From Azolla caroliniana (Eukaryota > Plantae > Polypodiophyta): 64,000 bases of DNA. Both the position numbers and the translations under genes were made by a program. The stretch is taken from contig JBHGNT010000017.1 in NCBI GenBank assembly GCA_043228905.1, forward strand, positions 7,006,001 to 7,070,000. Direction: 5' to 3'. Positions 11,161 to 25,300 of the stretch are shown here, piece by piece. The notes under the pieces are model-generated. The model saw only the letters and a list, made by a program, of their open reading frames with translations. It ran no database searches and was not told the DNA's origin. Within the stretch, counting starts at the first letter, position 1. Every line of letters starts with the position of its first letter.

Positions 11161-14100
11161 TGTTGGAGAGAAAGCAATGGCGGCGGACGAGCTGTTGTTT
11201 TACCTGCAGAGAAATGTCGAACAACACACACAGAAGACAGCACAGAAAAAAAGAAGAAAATACAAACACAACTTTTTGGAGGCACACCGAAACCCTCGTT
11301 TCTATTTAGTTTTATACCTATGCACTAATAGTAAGAAATTACGTTTTTGGCCTTTTCTCACTATCAATCTCCCACTAAAGGCCAAACAAGGGATTAGCAA
11401 AGTTGATGGGAAGATTGAACAAGACAGACACATCCTACTCGATGAGTATGTTACACAATATACAAAAAACAATGTGTAACCTCATGACCTAAGTAATTCC
11501 CATCAAGTGGCAGCAATGCTCTAGTACTTCATGCGATAGAGCTTTAGTCAATGCATCTACGGCATTTTCTTGAGAGACAACTTTCTCAAGACTGATGTAG
11601 CCAGTAGCTATGCATTCTCGAATGAAGTGATATCTCACTCCAATGTGCTTGGTCTTTGCATGGTATACTGGGTTTTTGGCCAATGCAATGGCACTCTGAC
11701 TATCACAAAACAGTATGGGTACAAGCTTAGATATGCCCATGTCACAAGCTAACCTGGACAACCATACGACTTCCTTACATGCTTCACTAGCTACAACATA
11801 CTCTGCTTCTGTAGTGGATAGAGCAGTACATTTTTGGAGACGAGATCTCCAAGATATCACACTTCCCATAAACTGAAAAATGTATCCTGAAGTGGATTTT
11901 TTGTTGTCAGAACAGCCAGCATAATCAGAGTCTGTATATCCAATGATGGATACATTTCCACCACCTAAACATAGACACCTATTCTTAGTGCCACATAGAT
12001 ATCTTAATATCAGTTTAACTGCCTCCCAATGTTTATTACCAGGATTTGACATAAATCTGTTCACAGCTCTCACTGCGAAAGCAATGTTTGGCCTGGTCGC
12101 TATCATAGCGTACATAAGACTCCCAATTGCGGATTGATAAAGAACCTTGGACATAAATTTCTTGTCCTCATCAGATGTGGGGCAATCACATGTGCTCAGT
12201 TTTACATATGTAGGCTAAGGAGTGCTCAACGGCTTTGCATTCTCCATATTAAACCTCTTGAACACTTTCGATATGTACTCAGCCTGAGACAAGTAAAAGC
12301 ATTGCTTACTCCTATCACGAGTGATACACATACCAAGAATATGTTTTGCATCTCCCAAATCCTTCATGTCAAAATTCTAGCCGAAGTTTTTCTTTAACGA
12401 GGATAACTCATCCTTGTTTTTACCAACAATAAGCATGTCATCAACATATAATATCAATGTGATAAAACTCCCATCTGAATAGTTTTTTGTATAAAGACAT
12501 GCATCCTCATTGCTTCTAATATATCCTTGAGTCTTCATAAAAGCATCGAATTTCTGGTACCATAACCTAGGGGATTGCTTAAGCCCATACAAACTCTTCT
12601 TGAGTTTACATACCAAATGTTCTTTTCTCGATACTTCATGACCTTCTGATTGTTCCATATAAATATCCTCATCAAGGTCCCCATGTAAGAAGGCAGTCTT
12701 CACATCCATTTGGACTAATTCCAAATTCTGATTTGCAGCCAATGAAAGTAACATACGTAATGTAGTCATCTTAACTACAAGGGAGAAGGTTTCATCAAAA
12801 TCAATTCCATGTTCTTGCTTGAAACCTTTGGCTACCAAGCGTGCTTTGTACTTTGGGGAAACACTATCAGATGTATACTTGTACTTATATACCCACTTGT
12901 ATGGCAATGCTTTCCTGTCCTTTGGCAAAGGCACTAAATCCCAAGTTGCATTCTTATGGATACTGTCCAACTCATTTTGCATGACTTGTTTCGATTTAGC
13001 ATGGTCATGAATAGATATGGCTTCATTGTAACATGAAGGCTCACCAGCATCTGTTAGCATTACATAATCAACAAACTTACTAGGTGCTTTGGAGACATGC
13101 ATAGATCTCCTCAATGATTCCTGAACCTGAATACCATCAGGTTGTGCATGAGAAACATCATTATGAGCATCATCATTATGAGCATATTCTTGTTGAAAAA
13201 CATAATTTTGCACATCATTGTGCTGGGCATCATCATTTTGGGCATCTTCATCCTGACCAATAATAGTTTTGTGTGACTGCCATAATAGTTTGGTCCATAA
13301 TAGTCTTGGATGGTTCTATTCATCCTCTCAGCCAAACCATTTTGGACAAGGGTGTAAGGAGCTGTAAGCTCTCTTCGAATGCCTCTAGACTTACAAAAGT
13401 CATCAAATTCGTGAGAGGTATACTCACCTCCATTGTCTGAACGTAAAGCCTTAAGCTTTATGTCCTTTTCCAGCTCAACCGAACTAAGCCATTTTCTAAA
13501 AGTGGGGTATACATCATCCTTTCCCTTAATTGGATAAGCCCAAACTTTCCTAGTGGCATCATCAATGAAAGTAACAAAATATAGTGCACCAAGATCTTGT
13601 GGGCATAGGTCCACAAACATCCGTGTGGACAAGATCCAATGGTTTAGTGGATGAGTTAACGTTGGTCTTATGTGCAGTTCTATGCTTACCATGTTGACAA
13701 TGCTCACATAAAGCAAAATCAAAGAATGACAACTTAGGTAAGTGGCCATAACGAGATAGGATTTCCATGCTATTTCTTGACATGTGGCCTAAACGACCAT
13801 GCCAAATGCTCATCATTGGCTGGTCTATGACAGCCAACAAGTGTTCTTTTTTATGAACAAATAGAGGGTAGAGGGAACCAACTTTGTTCCCTTTTGCAAC
13901 AACCATATTTCCTTTCATTATACGAAAGGATTGAGAAGCAAATATCACCTTATATCCGTTGTCATCAAGTTTGACCAACGGAAATCAAACTACGAGTTAG
14001 TTGAGGAACATGGCGTACATCTTTTTAATGGTGAGATGAGAACCATCACTAAAATGCATTGAGATATCTCCAATGCCAATCATGTCACACTGATATGAGT

Positions 14101-15453
14101 CTCCAAGTCGAACTTTCCCAAGTGACTTGGCTTCATAACATGTGAACCACTCTCTATGTGGAGTCACATGAAATGATGTACCGGAGTCCAACAACCATGT
14201 ATGTGATGGGGAAAAGACCATGTTCACCCCAACATGTGTGCTAACATCATCTAAGACCAAGATGTTTGTCTCATCACATGTTGCATTTACTTCCTCTATT
14301 TCCACCTAGGAAGAGGAACCACTAGATTGTCTACCACCCTCTAGCATTATTTTTCTCCTTATTTTTTAGGGCATAACAATCTTTCTTAAGGTGTCCCTTT
14401 TTATGACAATAATGACACTCCATATTTTTCTTCCTAGATTTGCTTCTACCTCTATCATTTCCACTAATATTTCTTGTTTGGCTCCTACCACGGTGTTGGT
14501 TCTTGCGAGGACCAACATCAAAAACATTATATGCATCTCCATTATGTGATGCAATCACAGATTTTCTACGAATTTCTTCACCCAAAAGGGCTCCACATAT
14601 GTCATTATAGACTAATTTCCCATTTGGTGCACTAGCACTAATAGTGGTGCAAAAAGTGTCCCATGAGCTAGGTAAAGTGCATAACAAAAATACACATTTA
14701 AGCTCATCATCCAAAATCATTTTCTGAGCCAGTAATTGTGACCATAATGCATCAAAATCATTCAAATGAGAGGCAACACTATCATTGTCCTTCATTCAAA
14801 GATCATAAAGTTTTCTCATTAGATAAACTTTGTTTGATGCGGTCTCATTTTTGTATGTATTGCATAGTTTAGTCCATAGCTTTTCAGTTGAGTCACAGTT
14901 CAAGACCGTGAAATACACGTTGTAACTAAGACGTAGCTTCAACGTCACAATCTCACATCAAGTGAGCAAGCATTGAAAAAACCAAATGCAAGTTTTTATG
15001 TGTAAATCCTCTCTTCTGTATACTAGAAACAGTGAGTCCTCTCTGTTTCTACCTTTCACCAAAGGTCTATTTTTTCCCCAAAAAATTGGCATGAAAAAAA
15101 AAAGTTCATATAGAAACATGTACTAGATATTACCACTGTCGAGTTCCTGGAAAAAAATAACATGCATACAGGGGGAAAAAACAGAGAAGTCAGATGCGTT
15201 TCTGCCACACACATAGTCTTCACGAAGTCCTGCGCTCTGATACTACTGTTGGAGAGAAAGCAATGGAGGTGGGCGAGCTATTGTTTTACCTGCAGAGAAA
15301 TGTCGAACAACACACACAGAAGGCAACACAGAATAAAAAAGAAAAATACAAACACAACTTTTTGGAGGCACACCGAAACCCTCGTTTCTATTTACTTTTA
15401 TACCTATGCACTAATAGTAAGAAATTACGTTTTTGGCTTTTTTTTCACTATCA
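11161..15453 (-). mobile_element. Ty1/copia with both LTRs (11161-11366, 15247-15453), TSD ATTCC, internally deleted and frameshifted
   Basis: Similar ~206-bp LTRs. ATTCC at 11156-11160 and 15454-15458. Mutated Met PBS TAGTATCAGAGC. Order gag (CHYCHKKGHLKKDC), PR (WLLDSG), INT (LRSDNGGEY), RT (ILYVDDML), RNase H (YTDSDYAG). Confidence 0.95.
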
Positions 15454-17593
15454 ATTCCATCCAAAATCCCTACCACCGTGATTAGTTAGTTAGTTATATA
15501 TTACTACTATCTGAATGTGGATTTCTATCTGTTTCAATGTGTAGAGATTCTTTCTCTCTTGTGATTTAGGTATGGTGATCAAAGACTTGAAGAACAATTA
15601 CCACATTCCCTTTCTACAGTCCCGCTTTGATCTTCTAAAAGAAGAACTATTATAAGTTTTGGAAGGGGGGGGGCGCCTGTATTACCTCAGCGTCAGTGTA
15701 AGACCGAGGCGACGCACGTAGCTCCCAGAGATAGCAAGTTGCCTCGAGTGGGGGTTGCTGCCATGAAAGAAATTAGGTTAATATCATGTGGTATCCACAC
15801 ATGGTAACTAATTCCTTCATTTAAACAAGAAGAAGGATTTGAAGGAAACAACATTCAACAATAATGTTTTAAGGTTAGATTTATGCCTGGTATTTGAGCT
15901 CTTACCCAACCAACTACACTTGAAGCTATTTGTCGCCATATATTTGAGCTTCCATCACTTGTGGAAGTCAATGTAGCTAAATGTATCATTAGGGGCCAAC
16001 ACAATGTTGTGATGACCCTTTTAAAAGCATTTATAACGATTTTGTGGTTTGATGTTCCAAAAGAATATATATGATACCAAGTATGTATATGGAACCAAGG
16101 TGTAACAAAATGTTACATGCTAACGCACAACATGCAACATTATCTTCATATATGCATGAGGTACTTCGAATGTCCCACAAATAAATGTTTATACTGGAAA
16201 ATTAAATTAGAATATGTAAGCATGATGGTGCAAGTGGAAAACCTTCTGCTTTGCAAAGTTATGGTTATGGATATGGATCTCGTCTATTGTTTGCATTTAG
16301 TATAAAATGCTTCATAATCTTAGGGAGAAACATAATGTGGAAGCTTGTGCTTTGCAAAGTTATAACTTATGGTTATGGATTCATATCATGGACAAACAAT
16401 GGAGAGGTACTATATATAGCCTTTGTGGAACCCTTTGTAGGGTTATTCTCGTGTAATTTTTCCTAATGTGTATTCCAATGGGTGCTCATGCATTCAATGG
16501 ATGAGCGGGCCTTCAATGGACAAGTGTGCTTTCAACTGCAAATTGATCTCTCTTTCTCTCTTTCTCTCTCTCTCTCAGTTGCTCAACTTAATTACACTAA
16601 TATTTTAACTTGACCGAGATATACACAAGCAAGCTTCTTGTACGCCATTTTTTTTACCAAGAACAAAGGAGTTCGATTAAAACAAAAATAACCATCATAA
16701 GAGTGGGTTTGCAACTAGAAAAGGGGAAATGACTAGGAGGAAGGTGGCCCGGGCTCATGAATGATGGTCGTGTCGCCTTTTTGTTGATTGGCTTTCCACT
16801 CCCTCATGCCTCCTCCTCTTTGAGTATCTCTTTACTCCACTCTTGTGCCTTCTCTCGAGCAAGAACCATAACAAAATATCTGAATGGTGCAAAACCAAAA
16901 GAAAAGAAGTCACCCAATATGCATTATCACACCCCATACAAGAAAACCCTAAAAGAAGAAAAGAAGAAGAAGAACTCACAAACTCTTCCCAAAATGTCGA
17001 AATCCCTTAATGATTTGGACCGCAACATCATGATAATGTTGCATTGTTGCAACAAATTCTCACACTTACGATAAAAGTCCCCATGTGGCAAGTGTGTCAG
17101 ATGATGGGGAACTTAGGTCTAGACTTTGAACTATTGATCATATCCTATCTATAGACATAGAGCTCACCTTTGAGGAGCTTTTAAGGTTAAAGTCAAAGAC
17201 GTAGGGCCATGTGCTAAGACGATTCAAGTGTGAGCTCTATGTTGGGTATGAATATGTCATAACTACACTCAAAAGCACCAATATCACCTATCATCATAAC
17301 AAGCCAAGAGAATTGACACCTCAACATCACAGTTTGAAAGTGTTGAGAATCAAGGTCAACCTAGTCTAGTGTGTGAAGACACCCTTTCAGAATCTATGAG
17401 CACTCAAAGGTCAAAAGTCACCACTACTCTCTCTCTACACATTAACTATGTGTCATAGAATCATATTCTATGATGCATAACTAATAAGTTTCCACATTCT
17501 CCATGACCGATGAGCTTCGGTAGTTAATGCAGAGAGAGGGTGACTATATAAAGCACCCTCCTCCTACTTTATAATGTGTCAGGTGTTGCTCCT

Positions 17594-17794
17594 TGTCGAA
17601 TACGAGTGTATAATGGCTGTATTCACACTGTCCCTTTGGACAACCCAAGTTTGGGCTATTTCTGTAAATAGGATAAAGGGTAGTTGCCCTAGGATAATCA
17701 CTATATAAAGTGACTTTGTAACCTTTAGTAAAGCGTTGGTTGGTTGGTTATCATTTGTAACTGTTGCTATTAAGAAATAGAACATTTCTTTGTG

Positions 17795-17849
<55 letters not shown>

Positions 17850-20800
17850 CTTGTCTATTCTCATACACAGGTCCTTCAACATCACAGATGTTGTTTGTTC
17901 TTCCGCACTGATGACCTTGTCCCCAACATTTGGTATCAGAGCGTTCGAGGTTCTTCAACATGTTGTCGGTCGTCATAGTACACCACACAACATTCTGCTT
18001 CTGTTTTTCTTGAAGAACAGAGAAGGGAGAAGACAAACAAGAAGTCTGCATCTTACTGTGTTAAATCACTAATTGGAGTAAGTCAGCTGGTTGTACTCTG
18101 TTCCTGTGATTGTAACCACTTGAGATTGGTCTCCAGGCAACAGCCAAATTCGTGCTTCATTCGGCTGATCGACATTCAAGAGGATCAATTGGATCCGTCC
18201 CTCTCATCGCTGCAGTCATCCCAAGCAGAATCGGCCTAAACAATCGGTTTCTTGTGATCGGTATTCGGCATACAATCGGAAGCTAATTGGAGTCACTACA
18301 AGAAGGCTCAACAAACAAGTATCCGAAACCAAACCGACTTGGGTTCAAAACCGACTAGAACGATATCGGGTGAGCCGACTAGTTGCACCCTACTAAGGTT
18401 CCTAGTCAACTCCAAACAGAGTCTTACCAACCGAAACTGAATTAGATGGCATCAACATCCGGCTCATCGGAGATGAGTCTAAGGAGGTTCGACGGTTCGA
18501 ACTTCAACTTCTGGAAGGAACAAATGCAGGACTATCTCATAGTCAAGGGTCAGATAGACCCGATTGAGAATGAAAATCCTCCAGAAGCATACAAGGCAAA
18601 CGAGTGGCTAAAGCTGGACAGAATCGTCCGCGCCACGATTCGGATGCACTTGTCGGAGTCAGTGTACTTCACAGTGCAATCATGCTCGACAACTTTTGAA
18701 CTTTGGAAAACACTGTCGGAAACTTATGAAAAGAAGGTCGCCGCAACGAAGATGTATCTGATCCGGCGCCTCTACAACTTGCGGATGAAAGAATCCGATT
18801 CGGTTCAGGCACACCTCAACGAGTATGAAAGCCTAAGCTCCCAAATATCATCTCAGGGGACGGCAATAGAGGATGAACTCAGAGCAATGATACTCATGAG
18901 TAGTCTCCCCTCTTCTTGGGAAACTTTCGTCAAAACTGTGTGCAATGCTTCAACAACTGCCATTAAGTACTCCGAAATCACGAGCGCAATCTTGACTGAA
19001 GCAGCTTGGAGAAAGTCTTTTGCCAAAGACTCTGTAGATGAAGATTACGTTGTACAAGGTTCAACCGGCCGATCGAACAACCGGGGAAGAAGTTCCAGGA
19101 CAACCGAATCTGCAACTACTACAAGAAACTGGGACACATCAAAGCTGACTGCCGGGCACTCAAAGCAAAAACCGACAAAGCTCAGAGAGCGGATCAAAAG
19201 AGTAGCCGGCATGAGGAGGTCAACTACTTCAGCTCTTCAGCTGAAATTTTGACAACCAACCCGAACATATTGTCCATTGAGAATCCAGTCGAATCAGAAG
19301 TTTTTCTTACGATTGAGGAATCGAGCACATGGCTCCTGGACTCGGGCGCATCGTATCATGTGACATCTCACCGATCTCGGTTTCGGCAATACTCGGATTG
19401 GCACTTTGACTCAGTTCGAGTTGGGAACTCGCAACACAGTGCCATTATCGGAATCGGCACTGTAGAGCTCAACCTTCCGGGTGTCTCTACACTCGTACTA
19501 CACAACGTCTGACACGTTCCTGAGCTTTCAAGACTCTTGATCTCAGTTGGACAACTTGACAAAGCCGGCATCTGTGCCGGGTTCTCATCAGGAGGGTGGG
19601 TGGACACTCCACAAAGGGAACCTCCTGCTTGCTCGAGGACCAAAGGTACACTCTTTGTACCCTTTATACGTCACACTCAAAGAGGGTGACTTGTTTTTGG
19701 TTGATATCCCCGTGTCATCCTTATGGCACGGACGACTTGGACACCTCAGCAAGGCCAACATAACGCACCTATTCAGAGCCAATTACATCCCCAAGCTCTC
19801 CTTCTCGGATCACCAATTTTGCGAGCATTGCCAGTACGGCAAACAGGCAGTCACATCACACCCGACATCAGCACCAAGCGAATCAAGTCCCCTCGATTTG
19901 GTCCACTTGGACGTCTGTGGCCCGATGCTACATCAGTCTCTCGGCGGTGCTTCGTACTTCGTCAGTTTTATTGACGACACGACTCGGAAGGTGTGGGCGT
20001 ACCCCATTAGAACCAACGATCGGGTGTTCTTAATCTTCTCCGAATGGCTTGCAAAGGTCGAAAACCAGACCGGTCGGAAACTAAAATGTCTCCGAACCGA
20101 TAATGGAGGAGAATTCAAGTCTAACGAATTCCTCAAATTTTGCCAGGAACACGGCATTCAACGTGAATATATGGCACCTTATAGTCCGGAGTAGAACGGA
20201 ATTGCTGAACCCATGAATTGAACAATTCAAGAACACATAGTATCCATGCTCCAACACTCCAGGCTGTCGGATGGCTTCTGGGCGGAGGCTCTACTCACGG
20301 TAGTACACATAATAAATATGTCGCCAAGTAGACCTCTAGGACTTAAAATACCTCAAGAAACATGGACCGGCAGCAAGCCGAATTATGACAAGCTGAGGAT
20401 CTTCGGTTGCGAGGCGTATGCCCTCATACCGAAAGATGACCGCCAGAAACTCGAACCAAGATCAAGGAAATGCGTTTTCCTTGGATATGGACCCGACGGC
20501 GAGATCAGATACCGACTCTGGGATCCTGAGCACAAACAAATCGTCCGAAGTTCAGATGTCGTGTTCAACGAGTCGGCTATGCATAAAACGGTCGAAAGGC
20601 TTATTGAAGTCCGAAGGGTAATATTTTCCGAAGTGCCAACCCTTCATGAAGGCCCAACCCACAACACGAGATCGGTTTCACGAGTAACCGACACCTCCCG
20701 TCCTGAATCCACCGATTCAGCACAGCCGAATGGCTCGGCTTCCGACCATCCGACACCTATACCTGGTGCGATCAGTGTAGTCATACCTCAAACATCCGAG

Positions 20801-21605
20801 AGATTGTCGCAACCTCTGGAAAGGTACTCTCCCGAAATTTTCTTCACCGATGTCGGCGAACCGACATCTTACGAAGAAGCATCGACATCTGCCGACTCGG
20901 CCACCTACCATCTGGCGATGGAGTTGGAAATGCACTCCATTCGCTCAAACAAGACTTGGGACTTGGTCGAATTACCAGAGAATCGACGTGCTCTTCCGTG
21001 TAAGTGGGTCTATCGACTAAAAGAGATGTCCGACTCGACCAACCCAAAGTACAAGGCCAGATTAGTTGTGAAGGGATTTCGGCAAGAATATGGCGTCGAC
21101 TTCGACGAAATCTTTTCACTAGTGGTGAAAATGACAACACTTCGTTTCATGCTCGGCGTTGTGACGGCCGACAACTTGGAGCTGATTCAACTAGATGTAA
21201 AAACGACATTCCTCCACGGTGACCTTCAGGAGGAAATCTATATGGAGCAACCGAAAGGCTTTGTGGCATCTGGCCAAGAACATCTAGTCTGCCGACTCAG
21301 GAAGAGTTTATACGGCCTGAAACAAGCACCTTGATAGTGGTACAAGAAGTTCGACGACTTCATCCAGTCGGTCGTCTTCTCCAAGAGCGATGAGGAACAC
21401 TGTCTCTTCACCAAAACAACTCAAGATGGGTCTTCCATCTTCCTCATCATTTACGTGGATGACATGCTACTCTCCGGCCGACATGCCGGAGAGCTCACCG
21501 AACTCGTTCAAAAACTACGGTTGAAGTTTGCCATGAAGGACCTCGGTCCAGCAAGACACATACTTGGTATGAAGATTAGTCGGCATCACAATAAACTTTT
21601 CTTGT
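17594..21605 (+). mobile_element. Ty1/copia (family A): 5' LTR 17594-17928, Met PBS, degenerate gag-pol truncated within RT
   Basis: TGTCGAATAC...CCCCAACA LTR, TGGTATCAGAGC at 17931. gag from 18446, WLLDSGAS, LWHGRLGH, LRTDNGGEF, QLDVKTTFLHG, YVDDML. Confidence 0.93.
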
Positions 21606-21896
21606 CGGCAATGTCCCACTCGGGAAAGACGGAGAACAAACTTGCATCAAAAATTTCTTGCATGTACCAACCATAACGAAAAATTTGGTCTCGTTCGGTC
21701 AAATTGTGGAGCAAGGCATGCAAGTCGGATTCAACCAAGGCGGGTGCTTCATTGAAAAAGAGGGCTGACTCATTGCTCATGGTCGAATGTTTATCCTCTA
21801 GCCGAACGAGGTAAAATCGACCATGTTTGCAAAAGGCACCAAAGCCGACACAGACACAAAACTATGACATAAGAGAATCAGCCAGATCAACCTCCA
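21603..21896 (+). mobile_element. Ty1/copia (family B) fragment 1: end of protease and pre-integrase region
   Basis: Translates VGNVPLG...LHVPTITKNLVSFGQIVEQGMQV...HKRI, collinear with the element at 55198-61721. Confidence 0.85.
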
Positions 21897-22391
21897 TGTT
21901 ACCTGGCCGACAAAGGAGTTAAAGACCAGAACGTGAAAGGGATTGTTATTCGGAATCTATTTTAATTAAGCAGAATAGATTATAATTAAGTAGTGAACGG
22001 ACGGACCGGAATCTGTATTGCCGATCCGGATCCGAATAGGTGCTGGTTGGCACCGTTTTGTACTCAGCACCAGTGACCTATATAAAGGCCCAGTTACAAT
22101 GTAAAACTTTAACAGAGAGTTAATATAAGCTTCTTGTTTTATCTTCATGTATTGATTACTGTTCTGTATTAATTGTTATATCTTACGCGTGTATTAAGTT
22201 AATGCCATATTGCTAAGTAGCCAATTGAGTCTGCTTAATCGTTGTGTCTTAAGTTATCTCGCCGTAACACCCCTTTGGTGAAGTGTCTTGCGTAGACACC
22301 CTGTGTTAGGCCATTGTTCGGCCCTAAGGAATAACACAGTTTTTGGCGACCACGATTCCTGCACAATCGCAACGAACAGCGGCGGGAATGG

Positions 22392-25300
22392 ATGACGCGA
22401 CCAACGAACGACCCGGTTACGGAGCGAGCAAGGAGACTTGCTGAACGGCTAAGGAAGCGAGAGGCTTTCCAGCAAGCGGCAGAAGAAATTAGAGCGGATC
22501 GCTCATTTTCCAAGGTGATCTGGAGAGTGGCCAAGGAGTCACTTCGGTTACCACAAAACGACTACCTGGACGAAGGAAGCAGCCTAAGCAGCCTCCGAGA
22601 AGCGGAATCCCTTCTCCAGGCATTGGCAGCGGGCGAAGGCGAATCCGAAGCATTTTTGGCATTTGAATCGGGTTCGGACGGGGAATACAATGCGCAGACG
22701 AACTACCACAGTAGTAACGACACCCCAGACGGACCAGAGGATGAGGAGTCGGATACCTTGCCGACATCGGAACCAGAATTGACAAGGTTGGAACCTTCGG
22801 CACCGGAAGTCGACCACACTCCGGAACCAGAAGTCGATGAAGAGAGACCCCCGACACCGGAAGTCGAGGAGGAGAAGCCTCTGACACCGAAAGAGGAGCA
22901 AGAAAGACCTCCGACACCGAAAGAGGAAGAGGAACGACCACCGACACCACCAGCCCATGTACCGACACCAAATGACGAGCGAAGGCGAATCCGAAGCATT
23001 TTTGGCATTTGAATCGGGTTCGGACGGGGAATACAACGCGCAGACGAACTACCGCAGTAGTAACGACACCCCAGACGGACCAGAGGACGAGGAGTCGGAT
23101 ACCTTGCCAACACCGGAACCAGAATTGACAAGGCTGGAACCTTCGGCACCGGAAGTCGACCACACTCCGGAACCAGAAGTCGATGAAGAGAGACCCCCGA
23201 CACCGGAAGTCGAGGAGGAGAAGCCTCTGACACCGAAAGAGGAGCAAGAAAGACCTCCGACACCGAAAGAGGAAGAGGAACGACCACCGACACCACTAGC
23301 CCATGTACCAACACCAAATGACGATATGTCGTTCCAATATCCCAGATACCGGGATGATCCGGACGCGGAATCCCACATCCATGCGTTTCAACAGACCTGG
23401 GAGGCAAACCATGCGCCCCAACGCTTAAATGCAGCCGAAGAGGAACGCTCAAAAAGGGCAGAGTTCGGTATGACCTTGGAGGGACCGGTCGCCAGATGGC
23501 ACCGAACATAAGATCCCGGCACCATCCCCACATTTGAAACATTAAAGACAAAATTCTTGCATTTCTTTCACAAGGAGATGGACCAGCGGGAAATGGTAGG
23601 CTTATTTCACACTATCCAGCAAGAACCAACAGAGAACATTCAACAGTTTGTCATCTGGTTCCAGCGGATCCACAATCAGCTCAACCGGACACCACCGGAG
23701 GAAGAAACAAAGGCCATATTCTTAGCAGCACTCCGGGAACCCTTACGAACGGTGTGCACCGTCATTGATTTCCGGACCAGCAGCATAGATCAAGTGATCG
23801 ACAGAGTTCGAGAAATGGAAAACTCAAGTTCATGGCTAACCATGGGCGCACTTCAGCGTGCACTACCGACAGAAGAGGACCTCCGTTTCCGGCAAGCAAT
23901 TCAATGTACGACATACTTGAATGCCGGACATTCGGCGCTGGAATGCTCCATGCGTTCCCAATGCTTGCTCTGCCACTCTAGAAGTCACACAATGGAACAG
24001 TGTGACTATAACTTGTTAAATCGGCAAGCACCACCGGTCCGGCAATTTGAACCACGAAGCAACCGGGAGGAAGAAGAAGAATGCTGGCAGCGAGAGGAGC
24101 GTTACCGGCCGGCACAAGATGTCCGGTACAACGATCGAAGAGACACTTATGACCGGTATGATAGACAGGATAGATAGCGGGACTATAATGGACGGTATGA
24201 GAGATACAACAGGGATCACTCCCCTGGTTACAACCAACGACAGGACGACTATGGCAAGTATGACGACCAACACCGTCAAGGTTACTGAAACAAAAAGAAT
24301 TTCAAGAAACGTCATTTCAACAAAAAAGGGGGTCATCCACGGGAACCGGAAAAGGGCACTCCAAGCCAACCGGACCGAAACCAAGCACTTACCACAGGAC
24401 CTCCACCAAGCACACACGTTGAATCCAGCAACACCCGGAAGCCGTACTGCTATTATTGCCGGCAAGAAGGCCACTATAGTAATCAATGTCCGGCGAAGAG
24501 CTACGACAAGCGACCAATGGTGAACATGGTAGACGCGGAAGTCGCGGACATACAACAAATCACTACAAGATCAAAAGGCAAAGCCACGGAGTGGGAAACT
24601 CAAGAAGCCATCCAGAAGCAGGCAACCAAATGGTAAAGAAGGCAAATGTGCGAAATGCGGCAGAGCTCGAACAACAAAAGGAGAATGCCGAAGAGCTCAC
24701 CGGCCCGGGGCAGCCCGAAAACCCAACATGGCAGGCGTGCAAGAATGCCACATAACGTTGCCGTTAGGCCGGCTATTGCAACTGGTACCACGCTTCACGG
24801 AAGGACTGAAGACAGGAAGGACGGTGGCTGACACACCACCGGCTCCGGCATTCTTTTACGAGCAGTCCGACAATCACAGCCATCGTGAAAGGTAATGAGC
24901 TACCCGGCACGATTATCGATGGAGGATTCGGCGTGAATGTGATCAGCCTCTGAACGTGTAACACTCTAGGTATCCATGACTGGGAACCATGCCCGTTTTG
25001 GCTTTGGATGGCGGACACAAGCTCAGTACGGCCGACCTGGTTAATACGTGATCTGGAGGTGACCATCGGGGGTCACACATTTCGCATTTCCGTAGTAGTT
25101 CTCCAGCTACAGGCTCAGGGAGCTTACCCACTATTGTTGGGATGCCCTTGGTTAAAAACAACACACATCAAGCAAAACTAGAGGAAGAATATAATTACGT
25201 TCTGGCGTGGAAAAGCAAAAGTACGCGTACCGACTCAACCACGATCCGGTACCGGCAAGGAATCGACGCCGCTATATGCGGAATGTGTCAACATGCTGGA

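Noticed and set aside
15661-15770. GC-rich island resembling a SINE or ncRNA
   Set aside because: No clear A/B boxes, structure or second copy in the window.
22489-23551. Long antisense ORFs over gypsy gag (and similar ones opposite other TE or subtilase regions)
   Set aside because: They are shadow ORFs of GC-rich or repetitive coding sequence with no independent motifs.
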